From NCBI RefSeq assembly GCF_009914755.1, contig NC_060933.1: a stretch of DNA of 64,000 bases. The stretch is one strand, 5' to 3'. The notes under the pieces are model-generated. The model was given only the letters and a program-made list of their open reading frames with translations. It ran no database searches and was not told the origin of the DNA. Source of the DNA: the human T2T-CHM13v2.0 reference genome, Homo sapiens. Within the stretch, counting starts at the first letter, position 1; every line of letters begins with the position of its first letter. This document shows, one piece after another, positions 13,870-26,712 of this stretch. The position numbers and the translations under genes were made by a program.

Positions 13870-14444
13870 ACCAGCACAACAGTCATCTTAAAGATGAGGA
13901 AACTGAGGCTGGGAGAGCAGCGGCTGGTCCAAGGTCCTGCAGCCTGTCAGATGTTGAGCTGGGATCTGTCCCAGATTGTCCCCAACTTAGCTCTACCCAG
14001 ACCAGTCTTCCCACCCACCCACCCCCAGCTGTCCAACATGAAACAGATTTAATAACCACAAACAGGAGGCATTTATCTCTGAAATAACTGTTGTGGTAGA
14101 GAATAGGAAAATCGATGCATTCATTAGCATGTGCTGGGGGTACGAGGCAGGATGCAGACGGCGCTGGTTTCAGGCGCAGAGGGGAATTGAGTCTGAGGAG
14201 CCACGGCGGGTAATGGGGACATCATCAGGACCACTGGCTGGACTCAAACTAAGCTGAATATGGGTGGGAGCCCCCACTTTCTCTGTCCAGGTTTGATCCC
14301 ATTGCATTGACAGTGACAATGTTGAAAGTATATCTGGTAAAAGCAGTTAGCTTTAATTCCAGTCCCCAGAGAAAATAAGGGAAGGTGATGATTAGAGAAA
14401 TATTGATGGCCATGAAAATCTGACAGCCTGTCTGAAAGGAAGAC

Positions 14445-14605
14445 TCAGTCCTTGAGACATGGAGCTGGCAGAGAGCTTTAGAGATCACCCAGCCCAGTGC
14501 CCTTGCTTTAAAACTGGGAAAACCAAGCCCAGAGAAGGGCACACCTTGTCTGAGGTCACACGGCTGATTAGGGATGAACCCAATATTACAACCCAGGTCT
14601 CTGGG
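14445..14605 (-). mobile_element. MIR/MIR3
   Basis: 'ctttagagatcacccagcccagtg...gggaaaaccaagcccagagaag'. Confidence 0.7.
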
Positions 14606-14813
14606 AGCTTCCTAAAGCAGAGACCATATCTTCAATGGTCGCTAGGACCCAGCACCAAGTCCAGCACAGAGTGATCACTCAGGAAATGTTAGCCAAATAA
14701 ATAAACAAATTATTCTCAAAAGTCGTGAGACCAGAACACTTTCCAGAATACCTCATGTCTCAGAATTTTAACGTCACATGTCTCAAATCTTTTGCCTTTT
14801 TCCTTCACATTTT

Positions 14814-14818
<5 letters not shown>

Positions 14819-14844
<26 letters not shown>
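14819..14844. repeat. (CA)13 microsatellite
   Basis: Read directly. Confidence 0.97.
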
Positions 14845-15029
14845 AAGAAATCCAAAGTAAAGTTGTATGAAATCTCACTCTAGTTGACCTTATCTTGACA
14901 GTGAGTAAAATTCTTTTAGAGTTGAGAATCCGAAGAGCTCATTTCTGGATCCTTTTAGCCTGACAACTGTGGAACATTCTGAGGTCTTGTCCTCCCACGC
15001 AGAGAGCCCTTTATTCCACAAAAAGGATC

Positions 15030-15730
15030 ACCCTGCTGTGATCCCAGCCCTACAGTAGGACCTAGGGACAAAGCAGCAGGTATGAATGACACAGACCTGT
15101 TCTCAGGCAGCTTGCATTGCACAGGAGAGAGACAGACAACAAACAAATGAATACAGGATGCAATGTCTGGCAGAATTTGGGCCATGAAGCAGAAATGAAG
15201 CAGGATGACAGGGCTCAAGAGTGACCACAGGTGGTTCTAACTGGAGTTGGTCTTAGCTGGTTTCCCTAGAAGCAGAGCCTGAGACTGGGACTCAGGTGCA
15301 TACGGTCAAACTTGGAAGAGAGGGAGGCAGAATAAAGCTGGACGAGGAGCTGAGATGGGATTAAAGATACGGATCTGCTTAAGTCATGCTTTGGCCAAGT
15401 GAGGGATAAGGGGTACTGAGGGGCATAATCTGCTAGGTGAGAAGACTTTCATCACCCAAGGTCAGTCTTCTGGAGAAAGAAGGCATCCATGCCCACTAGC
15501 AACCAACACTCACAGCACTGTGGGATCTGGGCGGGGCCCCTGTAGCACCTTCTGCATCCCATCAGGAGTGGCCTCTTTGGAGAAATGACCTTTGAACAGG
15601 AACATAAATGAAATGAAGGAGCAGGGCATGGAGAATACATCTGGAGAAAAGGCGTTCCAGGCAGAGAGACTCACGAATGCACAGCCCTTGGTCTGGGAGT
15701 GCACCTGGTATGTTTCAAGACTAGCAAAAG
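15030..15730 (-). mobile_element. L2 fragment interrupted by an LTR16-like ERVL LTR (about 15248-15556)
   Basis: L2 'ttggagaaatgacctttgaacagg...gttccaggcagag'; LTR 'ggtttccctagaagcagagcctgagac'. Confidence 0.6.
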
Positions 15731-17211
15731 TTAGCAATACTTCTCCTGTCTCCCTGACAAATGGGAGGGAAGCAAAGGAGATCTGGAAGTGATTCCCCTC
15801 CATCGGAAAATTTGCTAGGGGCACACCTCGTAAAACATAGACGTGGTCAGAAGACTACTAACCATCCCATTCACGGACACAGTGCTTTCTGGTTTATGGA
15901 GACCCTTTCTGTTCACTTGTGTCTCATTGCAACAGTTAGAGGAGATATCATCATCCCAATTTTATCAAGAGTAAAATCTCTAAGGGAGACCTCAAAACAC
16001 TTCCTTCTTGTTGCTGACCACAACCAACACTATTCTCCCCTACATACACCCTCCTCTAAAAGAGTTATAAATAGAGTAATCCAACTCCAGGATTTGGACT
16101 GAGCCATGCTTGCTAGCAGGGAGGGCAGCTGTGCACTAAAGGCCTTGCACATGGACACAGTTCTCCCTTCTGCTGGTAATCTGGCCCGGGGCCCTATCCT
16201 TGCATGAGGGGAAGCCCAGAAATCTTGCTTTCCCTGGCCCTTTCCGTCCTTTTCATCTGTGCTATAGAACTTTTAGGTGGATCCAAAACATTCCCCAGGA
16301 TAAACAGTGTTTACTCTCATTCTTTTTCTTTCTCTCCTTTTGAGTCTCACATTCTTGAGTGCTGCAGTAAAATCCTGAGACCTTGGGTAATAGCATTAAC
16401 TCATAGTATTATTGAAGTACTTGAATATAGGCTGCTTGGAAGGACATATAGTAGGTCTTCAAACAGGGGTGGCTGTTGTCTTAGCTGTCATTTCACTGTC
16501 CTTTTCACTGAATGGGGTAAAGGCATTTCCAGGCTCAGAATGGGATGGGGGTTGAACCGATTACCCACCAAGGGCCTAGGCTTCCATGACCTGCCCAAAA
16601 TCACACAATAGGTAGCAGCACTGGGACTAGACCAGGTCTAGCCTGTCCCTGAATCCACGGTTCTTCCTGCCCCAAATGAACTGCCTCTTCTCAAAGCAGG
16701 TGATAACTCACAAAAGCTCATAACCTACTGGAAAATCATCCAAGGCACCCTAATTGCCATGGTGAATGTGCTTCTGTACCAAACCGTGTAATCCCTACAT
16801 TCCCATTCTGCCTTACTTTCTTCTTTTTAATTTTTGAAAATTATTATTTCACTTTATGAACCACCTGGACAATTTAGGTATGTTGGGAAATGCATCCTGC
16901 GTTTGATTTCTCTACATCAGATCTTCCTTGCCTCCCACCCAGCCTGAATATACTCTAAGGCACTTTTTGTTGAGCTCCTCGAATTACAGACCTCATCTCT
17001 CTCATCTCTGGCACCAAATAGATCCTCAAGAAATACATGGTGGTTTAATTCATTAATAGATACAAATGATGTTAGCAGTTATCACTCTTTGTACTAACAA
17101 AATTGGAAATTTTTAGGTTAGCCATAACTGCCTGCACCTTGTTTAATCAATTTATTTTCCAGACCATCCCACTTTTAAGGGAAAAAATACACATAATAAA
17201 AAGTAAGCTCA

Positions 17212-17510
17212 AGCTGGGTGTGGTGGCTCATGCCTGTACTCCCAGAACTTTAGGAGGCCGAGGCAAGCGAATCACTTGAGCCCAGGAGTTTGAGACCAGC
17301 CTGAGCAACCTGGAAAAACCCCGTCTCTACCCAAAATACAAAAATTAGTCAGAGGTGGTAGTGTGCACCTGTGGTCCCAGCTACGCAAGAGGCTGAAGCA
17401 GGAGGACCACTTGAACCTAGGAGGTGGAGGTTGTAGTGAGCTGAGATCATGCCACTGGACTTCAGCCTGGGCAACAGAGTGAGACTCTGTCTCAAAAAAT
17501 AGTAATAATG
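17212..17510 (+). mobile_element. AluJ (Jb-like), full length
   Basis: Dimer with J diagnostics (tcacttgagcccagg, ggaggaccacttg); high divergence; eroded tail. Confidence 0.9.
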
Positions 17511-18289
17511 ATAAGGTCATAACAATGATTTCTTAATCTACTTTTAAACCCCACATGTAAAAGCAAATCTCCTATACTTTTTCTGTCTCCATCTCCAGAC
17601 AATGAGTATGTATTCTCCTACTGACTGGTGAACCTGAAGCCTTGGTGAAGTCAAAAGCAATTGCAACAAGTCAACTGGGTCTCAGATCTCTAGAGATGGA
17701 AAGGAGGAAGGAGTGAATGAGGAAAGGACTACAATGGGCCTCACAGGCTAAAGTGATGCTGGGCCAAGAAAATAAAATGTGAGTTGGGATGAAATAATTG
17801 GACCTTTTCTCCGCCACTTGCTGGCTATTAACCTTGTATGAGCCATTTCATTGCTCTGAATCTGACGTTCAATGTCCTCAAAATGATGTCAGTGATAGGA
17901 CAGACCCCAAACAGTGGTTATCAGCAAAATGTATAACAATGTATCTGACACTGAAGGCTGAAAAAACATAGATTTGAAAAATATCAGAGCTGGGAGACTC
18001 TCAGCGACTTAGCCTCTTCTTCATCCCTCCATTTTCCAGAAGTGAACCTGAAACCCCAGGCATACAAAGGGTTGCAAAGCCCCATCCACACCACACCCAG
18101 GCTCTTCAGCTGCCTCTTGCTCAAGTATTTGAATCTTATAAAGCCCCCCAACGCCATCACTCTACCAGCCTGCTTTAAACCAGTATCAAAAGAGCTTTGT
18201 TTAGGGAAATACAAGCTCCAGCAAGAAGAGGAAGCATCAACAATATTTAAATCATGTTTTGACAAAACTAAATAATAATAATCTTCCTG

Positions 18290-19320
18290 AATCCCATTCA
18301 CTCAACCTCAATAATTGTTTGGCTTCCCATGTATTGAGTATTTATTCTAGGTTTGGGTGCGTGTTATATTGCTGCAGACTTGATACTCTGCATTTTGCAC
18401 TTTGCATTCTATCAGAAATGTATTCTGCATTGCTACAGTCTTCATAATTATCATTTTAATGGTGCCATAATATTCCTTCGTGTTGATGCACCATAATTTA
18501 TGGAACTGTTCACCAATCATTGGACATTTAGCTTTCATATGGTGTTTGTTGTTATAGATAACATTATAATGAGCATCTTCATTACACGCAGCTCTTGGTC
18601 TCCAGTAAATTATATCCCCAGAATAAAAGAGAAATTCCGCGAAGTAAGTGTTTGGAGTCAAAGGGCATAAACCTCTTTAGAACATTTATCTATTATTTTG
18701 TTTTTATCCCCAAAAGGATTGCACCAACTCATGCTGCACCAGTGGAGTATACCAGTATTATTTTCACTATGAAGCCGTATCATTTTGTATGTTCTAACTT
18801 TGTTTTTCTCAACCTTTTTTCTGTTTGTAACAGAAAAAAAAAAACACATGTTCATTATTAAAAAAAATCCAGATAAAAACAAAGATAAACTAATCATAAC
18901 CCCTCTGACCAAAAATAATCAGTGCAAAAAGTTAAACATTTCTTTTCAGTCTTTTTTCTATGCATATGGGAGAATTTTTCCCCCAAAACTTAGATTATAT
19001 TCTCTATTCAGTTATATTTTGTTCTGTTTTAATTTTACTATTACTTTTCTTAAGTCATTGGAAACATTTTGAAACAATCAGCTTTAATGAATACATAATA
19101 TTTCATCATATAGCCATCTCACTTAACCTATTTCGATATCAGATTCCGTGATATTGAATGTTTATTTCCAGTATCAGTATATAAGAAACAAAGTTGCCTT
19201 GAACATCCTTCTGTGTAAATCTGTATCATAGTTTTTGTTTATTTCCACACCACAGGAAACTTGAAGTAGAAAAACTGGATCGAGGGGTATAAATATTTTT
19301 TAGAAATCCTTGGATTTTGA
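18290..19320 (-). mobile_element. Old L1M (L1ME-like) 3' fragments
   Basis: 'attggacatttagctttc...ataatgagcatcttc', 'tgccttgaacatccttctgtgtaaatc'. Confidence 0.65.
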
Positions 19321-19789
19321 AAATTAAGAAAGATACATTGGGCGAATTATGTCACATCCCCCTGTGTCCTCAGAAAGGCAGCTTGAGTCCTGTTAGGAGG
19401 AGGGGCAGTCAGCCTGGCAGTGCTGAGCTCTTTTGTCAACTCCAAGACTTGGAGAAAACCATTTCACCTCCATGTCTGTTAAATGGGATAATACTTTCTG
19501 CTGTCTGCCATTTGAGGCTGCAGAATATCCAAATCTCTCGCTACTGGGTCAATTCCAAGTTAAGAAAGAAACGAAGCCCTCTTCCCATTTTGGAAACCAA
19601 AGGGGCCAATCCCCTCTCTACCCAACCCCAAAGTCACACAGAGCTGAGAGCCCAGCACAGGACCTGAGCAGGACCCCACTTTCTGCCCAGGACCTGCAGG
19701 ACACAGGGTCAGAGATCACCCGTAACGACTTCAGCAGAGTCGAGAGGCCTGAGGCATAGTAGGCGTGCTTGCGGGCAGCTCGGGGCTGG

Positions 19790-19949
19790 AGGTGGCCAGA
19801 TCTTGGCTGAATTTGCTTCCGTTGGTTCTTGCCTCTGGGTTCTCCAACCTTCATATCAATTTTGTGAGCTCTCACATACCCTCCCAAGAAATTTTTATTT
19901 CTAAGTGGATCGGAGTGGGCTTCTATTGTTGCCATCAAGAAACATCTAG
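19790..19949 (+). mobile_element. 3' end of an ancient ERVL/MaLR-type LTR
   Basis: 'ttttgtgagctctcacataccctcccaagaaattt...ggcttctattgttgccatcaagaa'. Confidence 0.45.
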
Positions 19950-20354
19950 GTTAAGTGATATAAGCCAGGCACAGAAAAACACATACTGCCCGATCTCACG
20001 GGAATGGAATCTAAAACAGTCGAACTCATAGAAGTAGAGAGTAGAATAGTGGTTACAGGGGGCTTAGGGAGATATTGTTTAAAGGATGTAAACTTTCAGC
20101 TAGACAGGAGGAATAAGTTTCAGAGATCCATTATATACAGGGTGACTACAGTTAATAGCAATTTATTATATTCTTGAAAATTGTTAAGAGTAGATTTTGA
20201 ATGTTCTCACCACAAAAAAATAAGTATGTAAGGTAATGCCTATGTTAATTAGCTCAAGTTAGCCATTCCGTGGTGTACACATATTTCAAATCAATATGTT
20301 GTGCGTAATAAATATGTGCAATTTTTGTCAATTAAAATAATTAATTTTTTAAAA
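19950..20354 (+). mobile_element. L1MA (MA6/7-like) 3' end
   Basis: 'gaactcatagaagtagagagtagaatagtggttac...ttctcaccacaaaaaaataagtatg'. Confidence 0.85.
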
Positions 20355-20489
20355 GAACGAATGAGAAGCCAGCACCGACAGATCTGTGTGGACTTGAGAA
20401 AACGTGGGTAGATATTCTGAAACAACATCCACCCCAACGTAGGCAGTAAGTAAGGAATGGCTGTTATTATCACGACTGTTTTAATGTTG

Positions 20490-21280
20490 GGCAGCACAGA
20501 CTAGTGGTCACAAGACGACTCTAGAGCCAGACTGCCTGCCTGCTATTTCTGACTCTGCCTCTTACCACCTGGATGACCTAAGGCAAGTTATTTAACCTCT
20601 CTGTGTCCCAGTTGACTTATATGCAATATAAGCATAATAATAATACCTACCTTTTAGGTTGTTAAAAAGAAAAAGTTAAATACATGTTAGATGCTTAGAA
20701 GAGTGCCTTTTAAGTGTGCAGTACTACCATTATGCTAACGATCAACCGGAGTATCACACCTGTCATTTCTATGACACCTTCACAGTCTCTATTCCATCTG
20801 ATCCCAATAATAATCACATAAGATGTGAAATCCTTATGTGACAAATGTAGAAGCTGAGGCTCAGAAAGGCTTCTTCCTGTAGGTCCTACAACCAGGAGGT
20901 GGTAGAACTGGGACTCAAACCCAGGACACTAATTGTGAAGGTCAAGCTCTTCCAGGTACACAACTGCCACTTGGGGCGGGGAGGTGTGAGTGTAGGTGCG
21001 TGCTGTGTTTTCAATTATTCGTGGACTCAGAGCGACGAATGAATGAGTGAAGGAGTGAAGTTCATTGAAACCATATTCCATGGAGGAGGATAGGATGTGA
21101 TATTTGCTAAGTACCTCCTAGGAGTCAGGCCTTGTGCTCATCCACAACATGCATCATTTAATTCTTATAACAAGATGATACAGATAGTATCAACCCTTTT
21201 CTGACAATGAGGAAACCGAGGCTCAGAGGGGCTTGTTCCTTGCTCAAGGCCGCACAGCTGGTGAGCAGCTGGCCCTGCAC
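20490..21280. mobile_element. Cluster of three MIRs (+ 20490-20730; - 20760-20970; - 21090-21280)
   Basis: MIR cores in each, e.g. 'ggcaagttatttaacctctctgtg' and 'atgaggaaaccgaggctcagag'. Confidence 0.8.
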
Positions 21281-21394
21281 TGCCCCCCAACCTCTGCCCG
21301 CCTTACCCCCATGTAGACTTGAAAGGGGACGCTTTCTGCATTGCATCTGCCAGCCACTTCCCTCTTCCCATTATCTCCCTGCTAAAGTGTGTGA

Positions 21395-21700
21395 AAAGGT
21401 TATTTTCACTAGCAAATTGGCCCTTAGAAGCTGGAGATTAAATAAACAAACGCGTGACCAGTTTATTGCAAGGTTTGCATGCTGCCAGCCTGGGCCTCAG
21501 CCGGCCTGCTGATGGGGGCCATTTGATTGTGGGTCTGCTTGACAATGGCTATGCTCAGTGTCCTGTTTACACAATGAATCTATAATGTAATTTCACGAGG
21601 TTCCGAAATGCACCAAGAAGCATGCGAGGATTCCGTGCCTCAGCCTAATCCATATGAAACAGTCTGGAAATGCGCCTAGTGACCACATGGAGATGGAGTG
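21395..21700. promoter_or_regulatory. Candidate enhancer with FOX/SOX/K50-homeodomain motifs
   Basis: AATAAACAA 21441, ACAATGG 21542, TGTTTAC-ACAATG 21564-21576, TAATCC 21646. Confidence 0.35.
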
Positions 21701-22064
21701 GAGCTGCGGCCGGGGCCCATCCTTGCTTAAAAAGGATTATCATAGAGCGAGTGGGCAAGGCAGGGACCTGGGGTGAAGTGGATGCAAATCTTATGGAAGT
21801 GGATGGGAAGGATTCATGGACAATTCGTGGGCGTCTCCAAACCCACCCCTCCTGCAGGAACTGGGATGCTTGTGGCTGTGGGCACAGGTGCCAACAAATG
21901 ACAATGGAGGTTAAGGAACAAAGGATGGGTTTCTGTTTGCTAATGCAAATTTTAATAAAAACCAAGTAGTCACAGACACCGAAAGAACAAGGACTCTCCC
22001 TCAGGTGAAACTGGGTTTTGTTTTTGGTTTCTGCATCTTGTGGGTCTGTGCTTTTATGCATGCA

Positions 22065-22420
22065 TATTCATTCACTCCTTGGTTCAGCAAACATGTGGAA
22101 CCACCTCCTCTTGGTCAGCCTCTGAGCTAGTTGTTTGAGATAGGGTGATCCATAAGATTTACTCATTCATTTATTAAACATATTGATTAAGCAGGAACTG
22201 TGGGCCAGGCACTGTTTTGGTGCCAAGGATACCGCACCGAATAGAATTAGGAAAAGCCCGTGCTTACATTCCAGTGAGGGAGACAGACAATAGGCAGGAT
22301 AAGTAACATATACAGTGATCAGTGCTAAGAAGAAAGATAAAGATGGGGTTTGTGGGGTGCATATTTATATAGGATAGCCCAGATAAGTCACACAACAGGA
22401 GGCCACTTGATAGAAATGGA
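22065..22420 (-). mobile_element. L2 3' fragments
   Basis: 'ctcattcatttattaaacatattgattaagc...gccaggcactg'. Confidence 0.7.
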
Positions 22421-23217
22421 AACTGAGGCCATGAAAGGCCAAGTAAAAGACTGATAATCCTTAATAGCCTTCATTTCTATATATAAAGCACTGCAGAGCT
22501 ATCAAAGCACTTTCAAGTAAGGCAGCTCCTTTAACCCCCTCAAAACTCTTAAAAGGCGTATGTGCCAGCCCCCTCTGCCTAGAGTGCAAGGAAAGTCCTC
22601 AGCAGCCTCAGGGCCATGTCATAATCAGAGACTCATCATGTTTAAATGACTCAAGCCTTTCTCAGTGTGAGATGACCACATGCATCTCATTTTCCCCTCA
22701 CAAAAGCCCAGGGAAGCCAGTTGTACTGCTCCAGTCCCAGGCTCTGAGAGGTTTAGCTCTTCTCTCCAAAGTCCTGAGATGGAGGGCAGGAGGGAAGGCA
22801 TCCCAGGCAGGGTTACAGGTAAGCAAAGGCAGAGAAGGAAGATGTTCACATGGTATATTTTGAAGACAGCAATTGGCCCAGTTGGCTGAAGAGAGACTCC
22901 TCATGTTGGCAGGCAAAAGGAATTAAGAATAATATGACTGAAGTTTACGGAGCTCATAGTGTGCAAGATGCAAGCTGACCAATCCTGTGCTTACTTCCTG
23001 TACAATCCTTCCATGCACACCCCATCCTCATTTCCCAGTCTATTCTGCTCAGAGCAACCAGGTAGCTCCACATACAATGGGAAACAGATCCTGCCTGTCC
23101 ATGCTCAAAACCCTCCAGTGGCTTCATGGACATTTAGAATAAAACTCAGACTTTTTCCATGGTCTATAAGTGCCTGCATGATCTTCCATGTCTTCCCTCT
23201 CCCCAGCCTCATTTCTT

Positions 23218-23977
23218 TTTTTTTTAATTGTGACAGGTCTTTTATTATTATTATTATACTTTAAGTTCTGGGATACTTGTGCAGAATGTGCAGGTTTGTT
23301 ACATAGGTATACATGTGCCATGGTGATTTGCTGCACCCATCAACTCATCATCTATATTAGGTGTTTCTCCTAATGCTATCCCTACACTAGCCTCCCACCG
23401 ACAGCAGGCCCTGGTGTGTGATGTTCCCTCCCTGTGTCAATGTGTTCTCATTGTTCAACTCCCACTTATAAGTGAGAACATGCAGTGTTTGGTTTTCTGT
23501 TCTTGTGTTAGTTTGCTGAGAATGATGGTTTCCAGCTTCATCCATGTCCCTGCAAAGGGCATGAACTCATCCTTTTTTATGGCTGCATAGTATTCCATGG
23601 TGTATATGTGCCACATTTTCTTTATCCAGTCTATCTCTGATGGGCATTTTGGTTGGTTCCAAGTCTTTGCTGTTGTGAACAGTGCTGAAATCATCATCAC
23701 TGGTCATTAGAGAAATGCAAATCAAAACTACAATGAGATACCATCTCACACCAGTTAGGATGTTGATCATTAAAAAGTCAGGAAACAACAGATGCTGGAG
23801 AGGATGTGGAGAAATAGGAACGCTTTTACACTGTTGGTGGGAGTGTAAATTAGTTCAACTATTGTGGAAGACAGTGTGGCAATTCCTCAAGGACCTAGAA
23901 CCAGAAATACCATTTGGCCCAGCAATCCCATCACTGGGTATATACCCAAAGGATTATAAATCATTCTACTAAAATGA
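23218..23977 (-). mobile_element. L1PA7-like, 5'-truncated and 5'-inverted (minus to 23687; inverted + 23688-23977), inserted in an L2
   Basis: Perfect 16-bp TSD cccagcctcatttctt 23202-23217 / 23978-23993; EN-type site ttctt/aa; ORFs 23455-23700(-) and 23682-23972(+) both match the ORF2 C-terminus. Confidence 0.93.
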
Positions 23978-24249
23978 CCCAGCCTCATTTCTTAAGCCCC
24001 ACACCCACCTCTACTCCAGCCTCTTGACCATTTGCCCCAGTCCCCTGACAGTTTGCCCCAAGCTCAGGAACTCTGGGCATTGTTCCTGCTTCCTAGAGGT
24101 CTCATCCCAAATGTCCACCATACAGTACTTGCGTCTCTGCACCCAATGTCTTCCCTGAATCCTTTTTGGCATGCCCTTCTCTGTCATTTTCTGGCCTGCT
24201 TTATCCTGCTTCACTTTTCTTCTAACATTTATATATTATATTCTTAGCA

Positions 24250-25145
24250 CTAATATATTTTTTGAGGCACAACCTACATAAAGTAAAACTCATCTATTTT
24301 GTTGTAAGTTCTATGAGTTTTGACAAATGCAGAGTCATGTAACCACCACCACAGTCAAGAAGAGTTTCCATTAACTCAAAAAATTCCCTTTGTAGTCAAC
24401 CTCTCCCTTGACCCCCCAGCCCCTGGCAACCACTGATCTGTCTTCTGCTCCTTTAGCTTTGCTTTTTGAGGTTGTCATATGAATGGAATCACACAGCGTG
24501 TAGCTCTTTGAGTCTGGATCCTTTCTTTTGGCATAATGTGCTGTTGCATATTGCAGTAGTCTGCTCCTTTTTAGTGCTAAATAATATTCCATTCCAGGGA
24601 TGTATAACGGTTTGTATATCCATTCCCCAGTAGAGGACATCTGCATTGTTTCCAGTTTGGGGTGATTATAAATGAACAATTTTGTTCAGATTTTTGTGTG
24701 AACAAATGCTTTTATTTTCTCTTGAACAAATATATAGAAATGAGATGACAAGTCCTATGATGAAGATACATTAATTTTATAAGAAGCAGGCCGACTGGGC
24801 ACGGTGGCTCATGCCTGTAATCCCAGCACTTTGGGAGGTCGAGGCGGGCAGATCACGAGGTCAGGAGATCCAGACCATCCTGGCTAACACAGTGAAACCC
24901 CGTCTCTACTAAAAATACAAAAAAAAATTAGCCAGGCACGGTGGTGGACGCCTATAGTGCCAACTGCTCAGGAGGCTGAGGCAGGAGAGTGGCGTGAACC
25001 CAGGAGGCGGAGCTTGCAGTGAGCAGAGATTGTGCCACTGCACTCCAGCCTGGGCAACAGGGCAAGACTCCGTCTCAGAAAAAAAAAAAGAAGCAGGCCA
25101 AAATGTTTTCCAACGTGGCCGTATCATTTTTATTCCCACTAATCA
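24250..25145 (-). mobile_element. Old L1M (L1MC/MD-like) 3' end, split by AluY
   Basis: 'ttctatgagttttgacaaatgc...catgtaaccaccacc', 'cccctggcaaccactgatctg'. Confidence 0.8.
24793..25087 (+). mobile_element. AluY
   Basis: Y diagnostics (ccatcctggctaacac, ggcgtgaacc, gagcttgcag); 12-bp TSD aagaagcaggcc 24781-24792 / 25088-25099. Confidence 0.93.
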
Positions 25146-25179
25146 CCTGACACATCGTGTGTGTAGGGGGAAGGGTGGC

Positions 25180-25723
25180 ATGTTCCATCTGCCCAAAGCA
25201 GAATGCAGTCTCCCTGAGGGTAGGGATTTTGTTTTGCTCACTGCTGTATCCTTATGCCTGGCACACAGTAGGCACTTAGTGAATATCTGTTGGTTTAAGA
25301 AATGAACTCGTTAATTCTCACAACTCAAAACACTCTCATAAGGGAAGCACTGTCATTCTGCCCATGTTACAGATGAGAAAACCGAGACCCAGAGCCATTT
25401 GAGCACACACTTACAGTTTTCCTTTTAGTAAGTAACAGAGGAAGGATTTGAACCAGCCATCCACCTTGAAATGACCACAATAACCACATCCTGCTCCAGC
25501 AAAATGGGAGCAACACTTTGCTTCCTGAGCTATGGGGAGTCACTGGTAGGTTTTAATTTAATTTAGTTGAGTGACAGAGTCATAGAATTTGAGGAAGACT
25601 CATGAGGCAATGAATGGGTGGTGAATAGAATGGGGCAATGAGACTCCCCAGGGGCTCATGCAATAGTTCATATCCAAAGGAAGGCTGTCCTGGGCTAGAG
25701 AGTGGATTTGCAGGGCTGGAAAG
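25180..25723. mobile_element. L2 3' end (+), MIR (-) and L2 (-) fragments
   Basis: 'gcctggcacacagtaggcacttagtgaatat', 'ttacagatgagaaaaccgag'. Confidence 0.7.
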
Positions 25724-26006
25724 TGTGGAAATAAACAAAGACCACCTACATGAGAACAAATAGAGGCTATTTATTCAGAGCTTCCATAGCAAGGGAGTCA
25801 GCCACCATCACTGGCATTTGGCTCAGACTCAAAAGCAGGCAGGGAAATGGGAAAGATTTTAGTGGGGAAAAGGAAGGAGGCTTCAGGTGTAGTCAGATTG
25901 GAGATTGTTGAAATGAGAAAGTCAGAGGCAGGCTGACTAGAAGTAGGCATCTTATGCAATTGGCCCAGGGAGCATATATATTTGGCTTTCTCTGGCTGGT
26001 GAGATA

Positions 26007-26712
26007 TGTCAACAAATGTGAACCCAAAAGAGCCAGTCCTTCAAGATGGATACCAAGTGGCTAACTGGGACTAAATTTAAAATAGAGCCAAGCAGCCATG
26101 TGCTGACCAAAGTTCATGCACATACTCTGAGCTCCCCTCAAAACCTGTACCATTTTAACTCTGGGACTTTCTTGTTTATTTTTTTTTTTTTTGAGAAAGA
26201 GTCTCACTCTGTTGCCCATGCTGGAGTGCAGTGGTGCAACCTCAGCTCACTGCAACCTCCCTCTCCCAGGTTCCAGCAATTCTCATGCCTCAGCCTCCTA
26301 AATAGCTGGGATTACAGGTGCCCGCCACCAGGCCCAACTAATTTGCGTATTTTGGGTCGAGACAGGGTTTCATCATGTTGGCCAGGCTGGTCACAAACTC
26401 TTAACTCTGGGACTTTCAGCGCTCACCTGAACCAACCAAGCAGAGCTCACCTGCCTTGGCCAATCAGGGCTCAGCTGTATCAGCCAGTCAAAACTAAGTG
26501 AGTTTCAATCCTTCATTTGCATGAATGGACCTGATTGGGAACCTAGGCAGGACCTTTTGCTCTAAAACTGGAAGCTTCCCTTTGTTCTTTGGGACAGAAT
26601 GCACCTTCTCACGTGGGAGGCTGCTGGAGGCTGTGTCTCCTAGGTTTGCAAACTATTCACTGCGATAAAGTCTCTTTCCTCTGAGTTCCTTTTCAGAGAA
26701 CTTTTGTTCACA
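26007..26712 (+). mobile_element. LTR54-like ERV1 solo LTR nested in the MER90-like LTR
   Basis: Starts 'tgtcaacaaatgtgaaccc...ccttcaagatggata', ends 'gagaacttttgttcaca'; approximate TSD gata/gaga. Confidence 0.75.
26172..26400 (-). mobile_element. 5'-truncated AluS nested in the LTR54-like LTR
   Basis: Perfect 17-bp TSD ttaactctgggactttc 26155-26171 / 26401-26417; lacks about the first 70 nt. Confidence 0.93.
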
